DNA of 64,000 bases from Malacoraja senta (taxonomy: Eukaryota), in the NCBI GenBank assembly GCA_038087875.1, contig JAXLNO010000385.1:124001-188000 (forward strand), in the 5' to 3' direction. The notes below the pieces were generated by a model. It worked only from the letters and a program-made list of their open reading frames with translations. It did not search any database and was not told where the DNA came from. How positions within the stretch are numbered: position 1 is the stretch's first letter; each line of letters begins with the position of its first letter. The position numbers were made by a program, and so were the translations under genes. This document shows, in pieces, positions 1-19,253 of this stretch.

Positions 1-216
1 AAACTGTAACAAACTTTTTCAGCCTGTTATGCCCGATCCTTTATATTAGTAACAAACCTTTGCAGTCTGTTGTGCCCGATGATGGCTACTGTCTCTGATA
101 GCAAATTCACATCAGTCTTTTCAATACACTTTGTGACAAAACCTACTAGACAATGCTTTTGTAGAAGAACTACTCGATTTTGTAAACCATATTAGATTTG
201 ACTATTAGCTCTTTCA
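1..216 (-). mobile_element. ERV LTR 5' portion (U3), running off the window start
   Basis: Minus strand begins TGAAAGAGCTAATAGTCAAATCTAAT at 216, the same start as the LTR that follows the polypurine tract at 48121/34181; duplicated at 39557-39804. Confidence 0.65.
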
Positions 217-735
217 GGAGGGGAGGGAGGGGAGGGGAGGAGAGAGGAGGAGAGAGGAGGGGAGGAGAGGAGAGGGGAGGAGAGGGAGGAGAGGAGAGAG
301 GAGGAGAGAGGAGGAGAGGGGAGGAGAGGGGAGGGGAATAGGGAGGAGAGGGGAGGGGAAGAGGGAGGAGAGGGGAGGGGAGGGGAGGAGAGGGGAGGGG
401 AAGAGGGTAGGAGAGAGGAGGGAGGGGAGGAGAGGGAGGGAGAGGATAGGGGGGAGAGGGAGGGGAGGAGAGGAGAGAGGAGAGGGGAGGGGAGGAGAGG
501 GGAGGAGAGGGGAGGCGATGGGAGGAGAGTGGAGGGGAAGAGGGGAGGGGAAGAGGGGAGGGGAGGAGAGATGAAGTGAGGAGAGTGGAGGCGAGAGGAG
601 AGGGGAGGGGAAGAGGGGAGGAGAGGGGAGGAGAGGGTAGGAGAGGGGAGGGGAAGAGGGGAGGAGAGTGGAGGAGAGGGGAGGAGAGAGGAGGAGAGGG
701 TAGGAGAGATGAGGTGAGGAGAGGGGAGGGAGAGC
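217..735. repeat. Purine-rich low-complexity tract (GGAGA/GGGGA)n
   Basis: Seen directly; second copy at 39805-40220. Confidence 0.95.
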
Positions 736-1234
736 TCTCCATATTCATTAATTATCATTTTATTACAGAGCATGTGGCAAATTGTGTCCACAATACACCG
801 TCAGAAAGCTAACCCCCTCTCCTCTGGCCCCTACACCCCCTCTCCGTAACGCCCTGCACTCCAGCCCCTTCAACCCCCTCTCCCCATCTCTGTGACCCCC
901 TCCCCTCCGACTCCTGCACCCCCTCAACCCGTCTCTTTAGTTTAACAAATCACCCCCTTCTTTCTCCGACAGATTAATTCCACCCGGTCCCTCCCTCCAT
1001 CATCTCCCTCCCTCTGTCCCCCCCTCCCTCACCTCCCTCCCTCTCTCATTCCCTCCCTCCCTCACCTCCCTCCCTCTCTCCCTCCCTAACTCCATCCCTC
1101 CCTCCCTCTACATCGTGCGAGACGGGGCGATATTTTAGGAGGTTTTACGAATAAACTCTGATCTCTTAAATCCTTTACTGAGTTTTAAGTAGATGTACTA
1201 ATGATTTTAACTGTATGTGTGTGTGTATGTGTAT

Positions 1235-2036
1235 TAGACAATAGACAATAGACAATAGGTGCAGGAGTAGGCCATTTGGCCCTTCGAGCCAGCACCCCGT
1301 TCCTGCCTTCTCCCAATATCCCCTGACTCCGCTATTTTTAAGAGCCCCATCTAGCTCTCTCTTGAAAGTATCCGGAGAACCTGCCTCCACCTGAGGCAGA
1401 GAATTCCACAGACTCGCCACTCTCTGTGAGAAAAAGTGTTTCCTTGTCTCTATTCTAAATGGCTTACTCCTTATTCTTAAACTGTGGCCCCTGGTTCTGG
1501 ACTGTGTATGTGTATTAGACAAGACAATAGACAATAGGTGCAGTAGTAGGCCATTTGGCCCTTCGAGCCAGCACCGCCATTCACTGTGATCACGGCTGAT
1601 GATCCCCAATCAGTACCCCGTTCCTGCCTTCTCCCAATATCCCCTGACTCCGCTATTTTTAAGAGCCCCATCTAGCTCTCTCTTGAAAGTATCCGGAGAA
1701 CCTGCCTCAACCGCCCTCTGAGGCAGAGAATTCCACAGACTCACCACTCTCTGTGAGAAAAAGTGTTTCCTCGTCTATGTTCTAAATGGCTAAGTATTCT
1801 TAAACTGTGTGTGGCCCCTGGTTCTGGACTCGCCCAACATCGGGAACATGTTTCCTGCCTCTAGCGTGTCCAAGCCCTTAACAATCTTATATGTTTCAAT
1901 GAGAAATCCCCTCTCATCCTTCTAAACTCCAGAGTGTACAAGCCCAGCTGCTCCATTCTCTCAGCATATGACAGTCCCGCCATCCCGGGAATTAACCTTG
2001 TAAACCTACGCTGCACTCCCTCAATAGCAAGAATGT
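1235..2036 (-). mobile_element. CR1 LINE 3' fragments, locally tandem-duplicated (~1220-1502 / 1503-1830)
   Basis: C-terminal ORF2 peptide ([30 protein letters not shown]) and 3' tail ggctcgaagggccaaatggcctactcctgcacc(tattgtc)n. Confidence 0.9.
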
Positions 2037-2169
2037 TATAGAAAAATAGCAAGAACGGTCACAGAGTGATACAATGTGGAAACAGGCCCTTCGGCCCAAC
2101 TTGCCCACACCGGCCAACATACCACATCTACACTAGTCCAACCTGCTCAATGTGTGGCCCATATCCCTA

Positions 2170-4660
2170 CAAATTGACAAATTGGGAGTATAAAGATGGA
2201 GTTTAAGGGGAAGTGAGTACAGGAAAAGTTACAAAAGACTCCCGAATTAATGGGAAGGAAGGTTCGAGAAGGGATAAGAGAATAAGGTCAGGGCCAATAG
2301 TGACCGGTGTGAGAGGGCAGGTGAATACCGAAGTTAAGGTGTTGTGTATGAATGCGCGAGGTATAAGAAATATAGTGGATGTGCTTGAGGCTCAGTTAGA
2401 AATTGGCAAGTATGATGTTGTAGGAATTACAGAGACGTGGCTGCAAGTTGAATCAAGTTAAAATTGGCATGTAATGCTACAGTAGTTATGGGAGATTTCC
2501 ACATGCAGATAGAATGGGAAAATCAGGTTGGTTCTGGACCCCAACAAAGGGAGTTTGTGGAGTGCCTCCGAGCTGTATTCTTAGAGCAGCTTGAACTGGA
2601 GCCTACCAGGGAGAAGACAATTCTGCATTTAGTGTTGTGTAATTTGATAAGGGAACTCAAGGTAAAGTAGCCATGAGGAGGGTGTGTCCATAATATGATA
2701 AGTTTTAATCTTCAATTTAAGAGGGAGAGGGGAAAATCAGAAGTGTCAGTATGATAGTTGAACAAAGGGGACTATGGAGGCATTGAGAGAGGAGCTGGCC
2801 AAAGTTGACTGGAAAGAGACCCCAGCAGGGATGATTGTACCAACAATGGCAGGTATTTCTGGGATTAATACAGAAGGTGCGGGATCAGTTCATTCCAAAG
2901 AGGAAGAAAGATTCCAAGGGGAGTAAGAGGGAGGGAGTAAAGGGGACCGTGGCTGACAAGGGAAGTCGAGGACAGTATAAAATTAAAATAGAAGTATAAC
3001 ATAGCAAAAATGGGTGAGAAGCCAGAGGATTGGGGAACTATCAAAGAGCAACAGAAGATAACTAAAAAGGCAATACGGGGAGAAAAGATGAGGGACGAAG
3101 GGAAGCTAGCCAAGAATACAAAGGATAGTAAAAGCTTCTTGAGGTATGTGAAGAGGAAAAAATTAGATAAGACCAAAGTTGGACCCTTGAAGACAGAAAC
3201 AGGTGAATTTATTATGGGGAACAAGGAAATGACAGACGAGTTGAACAGGTACTTTGGATCTGTCTTCACTAAGGAAGACACAAACAATCTCCCAGATGTA
3301 CTAGTGGCCAGAGGACCAAGGGTGACAGAGGAACTGCAGGAAATACACATTAGGCAGGAAATGCTGTTGTGATAGATCCCCAGGGCCTGATGGTCTGCAT
3401 CCCAGGGTACCTAATGAGGTAGCTCTGGAAATCGTGGACGCATTGGTGATAATTTTATAGACAATGGGTGTAGGAGACCATTCAGCCCTTCGAGCCAGCA
3501 CCACCATTCAATGCAACAAGAGGAGTTGAGTAGAGGAGCAAAGAGGTCCTTCTGCAGTTGTATAGGGCCCGAGTGAGACCACACCTGGAGTATTATGTGC
3601 AGTTTGGGTCTCCAAATTTGAGGATGGACATTCTTGCTATTGAGGGAGTACAGGGTAGGTTCACCTGGTTTATTCCCGGGATGGCGGGACTGTCATATGT
3701 TGATAGAATGGAGCGGCTGGGCTTGTATACTCTGGAATTTAGAAGGATGAGAGGAGATCTTATTGAAACATATAAAATTATTAAGGATTTGGACACGCTA
3801 GAGAGAGGATACATGTTTCCGATGTTGGAGGATTCCAGAACCAGAGGCCACAGTTTAAGAATAAGAGGTAAGCCATTTAGAATGGAGATGAGGACAAACT
3901 TTTTCACTCAGAGAGTGTGAGTCTGTGGAATTCTCTGCCTCAGAAGGCGGTGGAGGTCGGTTCTCTGAATGCTTTCAAGAGAGAGTTGGATAGAGCTCTT
4001 AAAGATAGCGGAATCAGGGGATATGGGGAGAAGGCAGGAACGGGGCACTGGTTGTGGATGATCAACCATGATGACATTGAATGGCGGTGCTGGCTCGAAG
4101 GGCCGAATGGCCTGCTCCTGCACCTATTGTCTATTGTCTATTGGCCCAATGGTATGCATACCAGGGTAGTTAAGGAAGAGGCTCTAGAAATCGTGGACGC
4201 ATTGGTGATCATTGTCCAATGTTCTAAAGATTCAGGATCAGTTTCTGTGGATTGGAGGGTAGCTAATGTTATCCCACTTTCTAAGAAAGGAGGGAGAGAG
4301 AAAACAGGGAATTATAGACCAGTTAGCCTGACATCGGTGGTGGGGAAGATGTGGTCAATTATAAAAGATGAAATAGTGGCACATTTGGATATCAGTAACA
4401 GGATCGGTCCGAGTCAGCATGGATTTACAAAGGGTTGACTAATTAGTCATGCTTGTAAAATCTTCTGGAATTTTTTGAGGATGTAACTAGGAAAATGGAG
4501 AAGGGTGAGCCAATGGATGTAGTGTACCTGGACTTTCAGAAAGCCTTTGATAAGGTTTTGATAAGGCATAGGAGATTTGTGGGCAAAATTGGAGCACATG
4601 GTATTGGGGGTAGGGTACAGACATGGTTGGAAAATTTGTTGGCAGACAGGAAGTATAAGG
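2170..4660 (+). mobile_element. Degenerate CR1 LINE pieces (endonuclease to 3' tail) plus a further RT fragment
   Basis: LCMNARGIRN, GITETW, MGDF, RPHLEY, NYRPVSLTS, QHGFTKG motifs with many stops and deletions. Confidence 0.9.
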
Positions 4661-4870
4661 AGTGAAAACAGGACAAAGGGAATGGAGTTCAAGGAAAATG
4701 TAGAATAGATCATTGTTGGACAGATCAATGGGGGGCCACCATGGACTCCACATTCAAAAAGGCCCTTCAGAGGATGTACTTCCTGCGGTAGCTGAGATAA
4801 CACAATCTGCCACAGGCAATGATGGTCCAGTTGTATACTGCGATCGTAGAGTCTGTCCTCACCTTCTCCA

Positions 4871-5735
4871 TCACGGTCTGTGTATCCGCTGGTGCTCCCG
4901 CAGCCCCCGTGCGCTCTTGAAACGCTTGCCGCAGTGGGAGCAGCCGCTCGCCGGCGTGGGCCCGCCGGTGCTGCCGCAACCCCCGCGAGCTGTCAAACGC
5001 CTCACCGCAGTACGGGCAGTCGTAGGGCTGGCCACTGGTGTGCACGGGCTGGTGAGACAGGGTGTGGGAGGGCATGGCAAAGCGCTCTCCACACTGGAAG
5101 GGACGGTCGCCGGCGTGCACCTGCAGGTGGGACAGCAGCCCGGTGGAGCGGGTGAAGCCGTTGCCGCACTGGGCGCAGGTGAAGGGGCGCTCCCTGGTGT
5201 GGATGTACTCGTGATCCAGGGGTTGTTGCAGCCGGTGAAGTCCTTGCCGCAGTCGCTGCAGGTGTAGACCCGCTCCCCGGTGTGCACGCGCCGCCTGTGC
5301 ACCTTCAGCTCCTGCGACGACTTGAAGCCTTTGCCGCAGTCGGACCAGGTGAAGGACCGCTCGCTGCTGTGCACCCGCCGGTGCCGCCACAGCCCCGACA
5401 AAGCTCTTGCCGCAGGCGGAGCAGCCAAACGGCTTCTCGCCCGTGTGCACCCGCCGGTGGATCTTCAGGTCCTGCGCCCTCTTGAAGTCCTTGCCGCAAT
5501 CGGGGCAGCCGAAGGGCCTGGGGAAGGGATGGTCACTGGCGTACACCTGCTGGTGGGCCAGCAGATAGGTGGAGCGGGTGAAGCCCTTGCCGCACTGGGC
5601 GCAGGTGTAGGGGAGCTCGCCGTGTGGTTGTGCCAGTGCTCCAACAACCTGGCGGAACGGATAAAGCTCTTGCCGCAGTCGCTGCAGGTGTAGGGCCGCT
5701 CCCCGGTGTGCAGGCGCCTGTGCATCTTCTGTTCT
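4871..5735 (-). pseudogene. C2H2 zinc-finger array (about 9-10 fingers), frameshifted; 5' part hidden by gap
   Basis: Repeated CxxC...HxxxH with HTGE(K/R)P linkers ([46 protein letters not shown]) spread over three frames. Confidence 0.9.
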
Positions 5736-5935
5736 NNNNNNNNNNNNNNNNNNNNNNNNNNNNNNNNNNNNNNNNNNNNNNNNNNNNNNNNNNNNNNNNN
5801 NNNNNNNNNNNNNNNNNNNNNNNNNNNNNNNNNNNNNNNNNNNNNNNNNNNNNNNNNNNNNNNNNNNNNNNNNNNNNNNNNNNNNNNNNNNNNNNNNNNN
5901 NNNNNNNNNNNNNNNNNNNNNNNNNNNNNNNNNNN
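5736..5935. other. Assembly gap (200 N)
   Basis: Run of N. Confidence 1.
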
Positions 5936-8790
5936 GAGTTAGATAGAGCTCTAGGGGCTAGTGAAGTCAAGGGATATGGGGAGAAGGCAGGCACGGGTTA
6001 TTGATAGGGGACGATCAGCCATGATCACAATGAATGGCGGTGTTGGCTCGTAGGGCCAAATGGCCTCCTCCTGCACCTATTGTCTATGTTTCTATGTTTC
6101 TATGTATTTCTGTGCCTATATATCAATGAATTTAAGAAAGTATTTCTCCCTCTGTGATGTGTATTTCTGGGACACATAGAGACTGAAAGAAACACTTCAA
6201 TGGTCAGGGATATTTAAAAATGAACAACCTATTTGACAGGCAGTTATATTATTTTAAATATATATTATTTTGTTGTTTATTCTGCACCTTTGAGAAAATT
6301 AGACACCTATTAATGTTTAATTCCTCGGATTTCCAGGCTGTAGTTCAGTTTGAGGACAGTGAAGCAAGCACCTGTTGGACACTTGCAAGGGAGATGACGA
6401 TGGGCCTCCGTTGTTAGTAACACCACCACCCAATATAGTGTCGCCACTGTTGTGCAGTCAGTTGTGTGTCCGCTGTGGGGCTACAACTGGGGAGGCCGAT
6501 GACAGACAGAGCACATTTGAGATTACAGGTAGACAAAAATGCTGGAGAAACTCAGCGGGTGCAGCATTCGGCCCTTCGAGCCTGCACCGCCATTCAATAT
6601 GATCATGGCTGATCATCCAACTCAGTATCCTTCACCTGCGCTCTCACCATACCCCCTGATCCCTTTAGCCACAAGGGCCACGTCTAACTCCCTCTTAAAT
6701 ATAGTTAATGAACTGGCCTCAACTACCTTCTGTGGCAGAGAATTCCACAGATTCACCACTCTCTGTGTGAAAAATGTTTTTCTCATCTTGGTCCTAAAAG
6801 ATTTCCCCCATTATCTTAAAACTGTGACCCCTTGTTCTGGACTTCCCCAACATCGGGAACAATCTTCCTGCATCTAGCCTGTCCAACCCCTTAAGAATTT
6901 TGTAAGTTTCTATAAGATCTTCTAAATTCTAGCGAGTACAAGCCGAGTCTATCCAGTCTTTCTTCATATGAAAGTCCTGCCATCCCTGTCATAAGACTGT
7001 GGGGGGCCAATTAACTGAATGTTTTCAAGACAAATTTACACTTAGCTCCGAGAGTGAACACGGGGGCAGATTATTATCTCAATGGGGTTAGGTTAGATAA
7101 GGGGGAGGTGCAGCGAGACCTGGGTGTCCTTGTACACCGGTCACTGAAAGTTGGCATGCAGGTACAGCAGGCAGTGAAGAAAGCTAATGGAATGTTGGCC
7201 TTCATAACAAGAGGATTTCAGTATAGGTGTAAAGAGGTTCTTCTCCAGTTGTATAGGGCTCTGGTAAGACCACATCTGGAGTATTGTGTACAGTTTTGGT
7301 CTCCTAATTTGAGGAAGGACATCCTTGTGATTGAGGCAGTGCAGCGTAGGTTTACGAGATTGATCCCTGGGATGGCGGGACTGTCATACGAGGAAAGATT
7401 GAAAAGAATGGGCTTGTATTCACTCGAGTTTAGAAGGATGAGGGGGGATCTTATAGAAACATATAAAATTATAAAAGGACTGGACAAGCTAGATGCAGGA
7501 AATTTTTTCCCAATGTTGGGCGAGTCCAGAACCAGTGGCCACACACAGTCTTAGAATAAACGGGAGGCCATTTAAGACTGAGGTGAGAAAAATCTTTTTC
7601 ACCCAGAGAGTGGTGAATTTGTGGAATTCCCTGCCACAGAGGGCAGTGGAGGCCAAGTCACTGGATGGATTTAAGAGAGAGTTAGATAGAGCTCTAGGGG
7701 CTAGTGGTGTCAAGGGATATGGGGAGAAGGCAGGCATGGGTTATTGATAGGGGACGATCAGCCATGATCACAATGAATGGCGGTGTTGGCTCGAAGGGCC
7801 AAATGGCCTGCTCCTGCACCTATTGTCTATGTTTCTATGTTTCTATGTATTTCTGTGCCTATATATCAATTAATTTAAGAGAGGATTTCTCCCTCTGTGA
7901 TGTGTATATCTGGGACACATAGAGACTGAAAGAAACACTTCAATGGTCAGGGATATTTAAAATTGAACAACCTATTTGACAGGCAGTTATATTATTTTAA
8001 ATATATTTTATTTTGTTGTTTATTCTGCACCTTTGAGAAAATTAGACACCTATTGATGTTTTATTCCTGGGATTTCCAGGCTGTAGTTCAGTTTGAGGAC
8101 AGTGAAGCAAGCACCTGTTGGACACTTGCGAGGGAGATGACCGATGGGCCTCTGTTGTTAGTAACACCACCACCCAATATAGTGTCGCCACTGTTGTGCA
8201 GTCAGTTGAGTGTCCGCTGTGTGGCCTCAACTGGGGAGGCCGATGATAGACAGAGCACATTTGAGATTACAGGTAGACAAAAATGCTGGAGAATCTCAGC
8301 GAGTGCAGCAGCATAGAAACATAGAAACATAGAAACATAGACAATAGGTGCAGGAGTAGGCCATTCGGCCCTTCGAGCCTGCACCGCCATTCAATATGAT
8401 CATGGCTGATCATCCAACTCAATATCCTGTAGCTGCCTTCTCTCCATACCCCCTGATCCCTTTAGCCACAAGGGCCACATCTAACTCCCTCTTAAATATA
8501 GCCAATGAACTGGCCTCAATTACCTTCTGTGGCAGAGAATTCCACAGATTCACCACTCTCTGTGTAAAAAATGTTTTTCTCATCTCAGTACTAAAAGATT
8601 TCCCCTTTATCCTTAAACTGTGACCCCTTGTCCTGGACTTCCCCAACATCGGGAACAATCTTCCTGCATCTATCCTGTCCAACCCCTTAAGAATTTTGTA
8701 AGTTTCTATAAGATGCCCACTCAATCTTCAAAAATTCCAGCGAGTACAAGCCGAGTCTATCCAGTCTTTCTTCATATGAAAGTCCTGACA
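5936..8790 (+). repeat. Tandem duplication with ~1.74 kb offset (5936-~6985 vs ~7679-8790)
   Basis: CR1 tail + ~440 bp non-repeat block + Penelope end + inverted CR1 tail occur twice in the same order. Confidence 0.9.
7054..7846 (+). mobile_element. CR1 LINE 3' fragment
   Basis: ORF 7054-7554 ([18 protein letters not shown]) and (tatgtttc)n tail. Confidence 0.95.
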
Positions 8791-9280
8791 TCCCAGGAAT
8801 CAGTCTGGTGAACCTTCTCTGTACTCCCTCTATGGCAAGAATGTCTTTCCTCAGATTAGGAGACCAAAACTGTACGCAATACTCCAGATGTGGTCTCATC
8901 TATGGAGCGAAGGAAATAGGCAACATTTCGGGCCGAAACCCTTCTTCAGACTGATAGGGGGTGGGGGGAGAAGAAAGAAAAAAGGAGGAGGAGGAGCCCG
9001 AGGGCTGAGGGAGAGCTGGGAAGGGGAGGAGACAGCAAGGGCTAACAAAATTGGGAGAATTCAATGTTCATGCGCCCAGGATGCAGACTCGCCAAGCGGA
9101 ATATGAGGTGCTGTTCCTCCAATTTCCGTTGTTGCTCACTCTGGTCATGGAGGAGGCCCAGGACGGAAAGGTCGGATACGGAATGGGAGGGGGAGTTGAA
9201 GTGCTGAGCCACCGGGAGGTCAGGTTGGTTATTGCGGACCGAGCGGAGGTGTTCGGCGAAACGATCGCCAAGCCTCCGCT
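8272..9280 (-). mobile_element. Penelope-like element 3' part, interrupted by a minus-strand CR1 (8313-8897)
   Basis: KRRLGDRFAEHLRS...PVAQHFNS...RKLEEQHLIFRL..LHP.RMN matches the C-terminal part of a GIY-YIG endonuclease; tail gacaaaaatgctggag..gcagcat / ctatggagcgaagg is split by the CR1. Confidence 0.85.
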
Positions 9281-9626
9281 TACAGAACCGGTGATTCCAG
9301 TGGTGTGTCAAATGATCATGGAAACAGCACGGAAAGAGGCCCTTCGGCCCGACTCATCGATGCAGATCGAGATGTCTATCTACGTTAATCTCATTCACTT
9401 GTATTTGTTCCATTCATACCCATATCCCTGATATCTGATGAAATAATGGATTGACTGGGGTAATATGCACTGGAATTTGGAAGGATGAGAGGCCATCTGT
9501 TCGAAACATATAAAATTCTTAAAGGATTGGGCAGGCGAGATGCGGAAAAATGTTCCAGATGTTGGGGGAGTCCAGAACCAGGAGGTCACAGTTTAAGAAT
9601 AAGGGGTAGGCGATTTAAGACTGAGG

Positions 9627-11295
9627 GTGGAACTGAGAAATGGGAAAGGTGTAGCAACAACTACTAGAGAAGGGGCAGTGCTGGACCTCCTGTTCGGAAA
9701 TGAGACAGGGCAGGTGGCGGAGGCATGCGTCGGGGAGCACTTCGGGTACAGTGATCACAATACGATTAGTTTCAATATAATTATGGAGAGGGTCAGAACT
9801 GGACTTAGGTTTGAGATTTTTGATTGGAGAAAGGCTAACTTTGAGGAGATGCGAAAGGATTTAAAAGGAGTGAATTGGAACGTTGTTTTATGGGAAGGAT
9901 GTAGAAGAGAAATGGAGGACATTTAAGGGTGAAATTTTAAGAGTACAGAATCTTTATGTCCCTGTTCAGTTGAAAGGAAATAGTAAAAATTGGAAAGAGC
10001 CATGGTTTTCAAGGGAAATTGGACATTTGGTTCGGAAAAAGAGAGAGATCTACAATAATTATAGGCAGCATGGAGTAAATGAGGTGCTTGAGGAGTATAA
10101 AGAATGCAAAAAGAATATTAAGAAAGAAATTAGAAAAGCTAAAAGAAGATATGAGGTTGCTTTGGCAAGTAAGGTGAAAGTAAATCCACAGGGTTTCTAC
10201 AGCTATATTAATAGCAAAAGGATAACAAGGAATAAAATTGGTCCATTAGAGTCAGAGTGGACAGCTATCTGCAGAGCCAAAAGAGATGGGGGAGATATTG
10301 AACAATTTATTTTCTTCGGTATTCACCAAGGAAAAGGATATGGAATTATGTGAGGTAAGGGAAACAAGCAGACTAGCAATGGAAATATGAAAATATGAAA
10401 ACGGATAAGTCTCCAGGTCCTGACAGGATATTCCCTAGGACATTGAGGGAAGTTAATGTAGAAATAGCCGGGGCTATGACAGAAATATTTCAAATGTCAT
10501 TAGAAACGTGAATAGTGCCGGAGGATTGGCGTACTGCGCATGTTGTTCCGTTGTTTAAAAAGGGTGCTAAGAGTAAACCTAGCAATTATGGACCTGTTAG
10601 TTTGACGTCAGTGGTGGGCAAATTAATGGAAAGGATACTTAAAGATAATATATATAAGCATCTGGATAAGCAGGGTCTGATTAGGAACAGTCAACATGGA
10701 TTTGTGCCTGGAAGGTCATGCTTGACTAATCTTCTTGAATTTTTCGAAGAGGTTACCAGTGAAATTGATGAGGGTAAAGCAGTGGATGTTGTCTATATGG
10801 ACTTCAGTAAGGCCTTTGACAAGGTTCCTCATGGAAGTTTGGTTAAGAAGATTCAATTGTTGGGTATTAATGGTGTAGTTGCAAGATGGATTCAACAGTG
10901 GCTGAATGGGAGATGCCAGAGAGTAATGGTGGATGGCCGTTTGTCAGGTTGGAGGCCGGTGACTAGTGGGGTGCCTCAGGGGTCTGTGTTGGGTCCACTG
11001 TTGTTTGTCATGTACATTAATGATCTGGATGATGGTGTGGAAAATTGGATTAGTAAGTATGCAGATGATACTAAGATATGTGGTTAGTGTTGTGGATAAT
11101 GAAGTAGATTTTCAAAGTCTACAGAGAGATTTAGGCCATTTGGAAGAGTTAGCTGAAAGATGGCAGATGGAGTTTAATGCTGACAAATGTGAGGTGCTAC
11201 ATCTCGGCAGGACAAATCAAAATAGGACGTACATGGTAAATGGTAGCGAATTGAGGAATGCACTTGAACAGAGGGATCTAGGAATAACTGTGCAT
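9627..11295 (+). mobile_element. CR1 lineage B internal fragment with deletions
   Basis: Near-identical to 29217-31131; RT motifs [27 protein letters not shown]. Confidence 0.95.
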
Positions 11296-11600
11296 CTCGG
11301 TCTTAAAGGATTTCCCCCTTATCCTTAAGCTGTGACCCCTTGTCCTGGACTTCCCCAACATCGGGAACAATCTTCCTGCATCTAGCCTGTCCAACCCCAT
11401 AAGAATTTTGTACGTTTCTATAAGATCCCCTCTCAATCTCCTAAATTCTAGCGAGTATAAGCCAAGTCTATCCAGTCTTTCTTCATATGAAAGTCTTGAC
11501 ATCCCAGGAATCAGTCTTGCGAACCTTCTGTGCACTCCCTCTATGGCTACAATGTCCTTCCTCAGATTTGGAGACCAAAACTGTACGCAATACTCCAGGT
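11293..11600 (-). mobile_element. Internal fragment of the young CR1 lineage A
   Basis: Matches 19416-19722 with only a few substitutions; lacks the 3' tail. Confidence 0.9.
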
Positions 11601-11624
11601 ATACTCCAGATAATCCTGCAGCTG

Positions 11625-12238
11625 GGGATGGGGAGGGCGACGGCTTCAGATGGGGGCCGGTGGTCTACCGCTGGGGGGAGGGTGTGTGAGAGGGGCCGTG
11701 GGTGGGGGGTGTTGCCGACCCCCCTCCCCCGGCTCCTTCAATCCCCCCACACTCACTCCTCACTTCCCCAGGATCTCGAGGTTGCAGCAGTCGGCCAGGC
11801 TCTGGGCCCCTCCGCACTGCGGGCTGCCTCCGGGTTTCCCCGACAGGGGGGCATATCCGGGTTCCCCGGCTTCGGGACGGCTCCGGGCGGCTTCGGGGCT
11901 CACCGGCCTCTGGGGAGACGGCTTCGGGGCGGGGCGGCTGCGGGACTCAGCGCGGCTTACGGACTCAGCCCGGTGATTGGCAGCGCGTGCCGGAAGGGGC
12001 GTTGCCGTCCGGGCGACAGACAGGAGAGAAGACCAATCCGCTGATCTTACGATTTTTAAATCTTCGTAACTTTTGTAATATTCCACCGATCGGAAGAAAC
12101 CTTAGTGCGCTTGTAGCACAGGGGAACGGCGAGTAAGGCGCGGGGTGGGGGGGGGGGGGTCGTAGCGTTATCGGGGACCGTCTTTCCGTAAATGTAAATA
12201 CAGCGCCATCCGGAAGAGGACAAGATGAGAGTTTTAGT

Positions 12239-12245
<7 letters not shown>
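11625..12245 (-). mobile_element. Non-autonomous Helitron-like element, 5' portion
   Basis: Minus strand starts TCTATC-ACTAAAACTCTCATCTTGTCCTCTTCCGG, homologous to the start of the element at 26540-28284 that ends in CTAG|T. Confidence 0.6.
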
Positions 12246-18326
<6,081 letters not shown>

Positions 18327-19253
18327 CTTGGCACAGCCAAGATTAGCGTGGAGACGGAGGACTAACGATGAAACATTGCTCATAAAGCACGGGAGGGTGG
18401 ATATTGAACCTGCGACTCCAGAACTGTGTGCCACCGGCAGTCAGGCACGGAAATCGCTATCAACACATGGGGGGAGGGGACGGTGACATCGGAAGCTGAC
18501 CTGGTTGGAGACCGACTCCGAACTCCAGCAACAGCAGCTTCGTCCGCCCCGAATGGTGGGGCTTGAATCGGCCCGTTCGCGGGGCCTTTCATCGGCCGGC
18601 GGGTGCTTCAACATGGGGAGCCTCGATCGCCTGGATGCAGCAGGTTGATTTTAAGCCGCGCTGGGCGATGAAAGGCCCCGAGAACTGGCCGGTTCAGCAC
18701 TTAGAAAGTGTCTGATAAATTCCGGATTACCTCTGAAAGCACCGGGGGGGGGGGGGGGGGATGGGGGGGGGGGCTCCCATCATTCCCCACAATTTCCGCC
18801 CATGCAGGCAGTACTGACTGTGGCACGATGGCGAAGATGTACAGATACGTCTGCGGATATAAATTCGAATATACAGATCGTCCGAAGGAGAAGATATCAA
18901 AATACATAACATCAACTGATATAAAAGTACGTGACAGCATCTGTTTACATTTGAGTTAACATCTGAGTTTACATCATAGTAAAGTCGTGACACCTTCATA
19001 GAGTCAGATCCCAGCTCGTGACATTCACTTGCTTTATCTCATGAGCTGTAGCATTACAGGTCTAACGCGGGATTACGCTTCACGCAGCGACGAGTGCAGA
19101 AAATATATCGATTATATATTCAGTTAAGCAAGTTTATCCGATTGGGAACACATAGATACATACATAGATACATAGAAATTAGGTGCAGGAGTAGGCCATT
19201 CGGCCCTTCGAGCCTGCACCGCCATTCAATACGATCATGGCTGATCATCCAAC

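Larger units (their letters stand above)
1..4120 (+). repeat. Segmental direct duplication, copy 1 (copy 2 at 39557-43422)
   Basis: Colinear matches: 1 aaactgtaac..cagcctgttatgcccgatcc = 39557; 2041-2460 = 41213-41640; copy 2 ends at the gap in the CR1 tail matching ~4100. Confidence 0.95.

Noticed and set aside
170..812. Pro/Ser/Leu-rich ORFs here and at 39780-40278; (RE)n ORFs at 38587-39126
   Set aside because: Low-complexity repeat translations.
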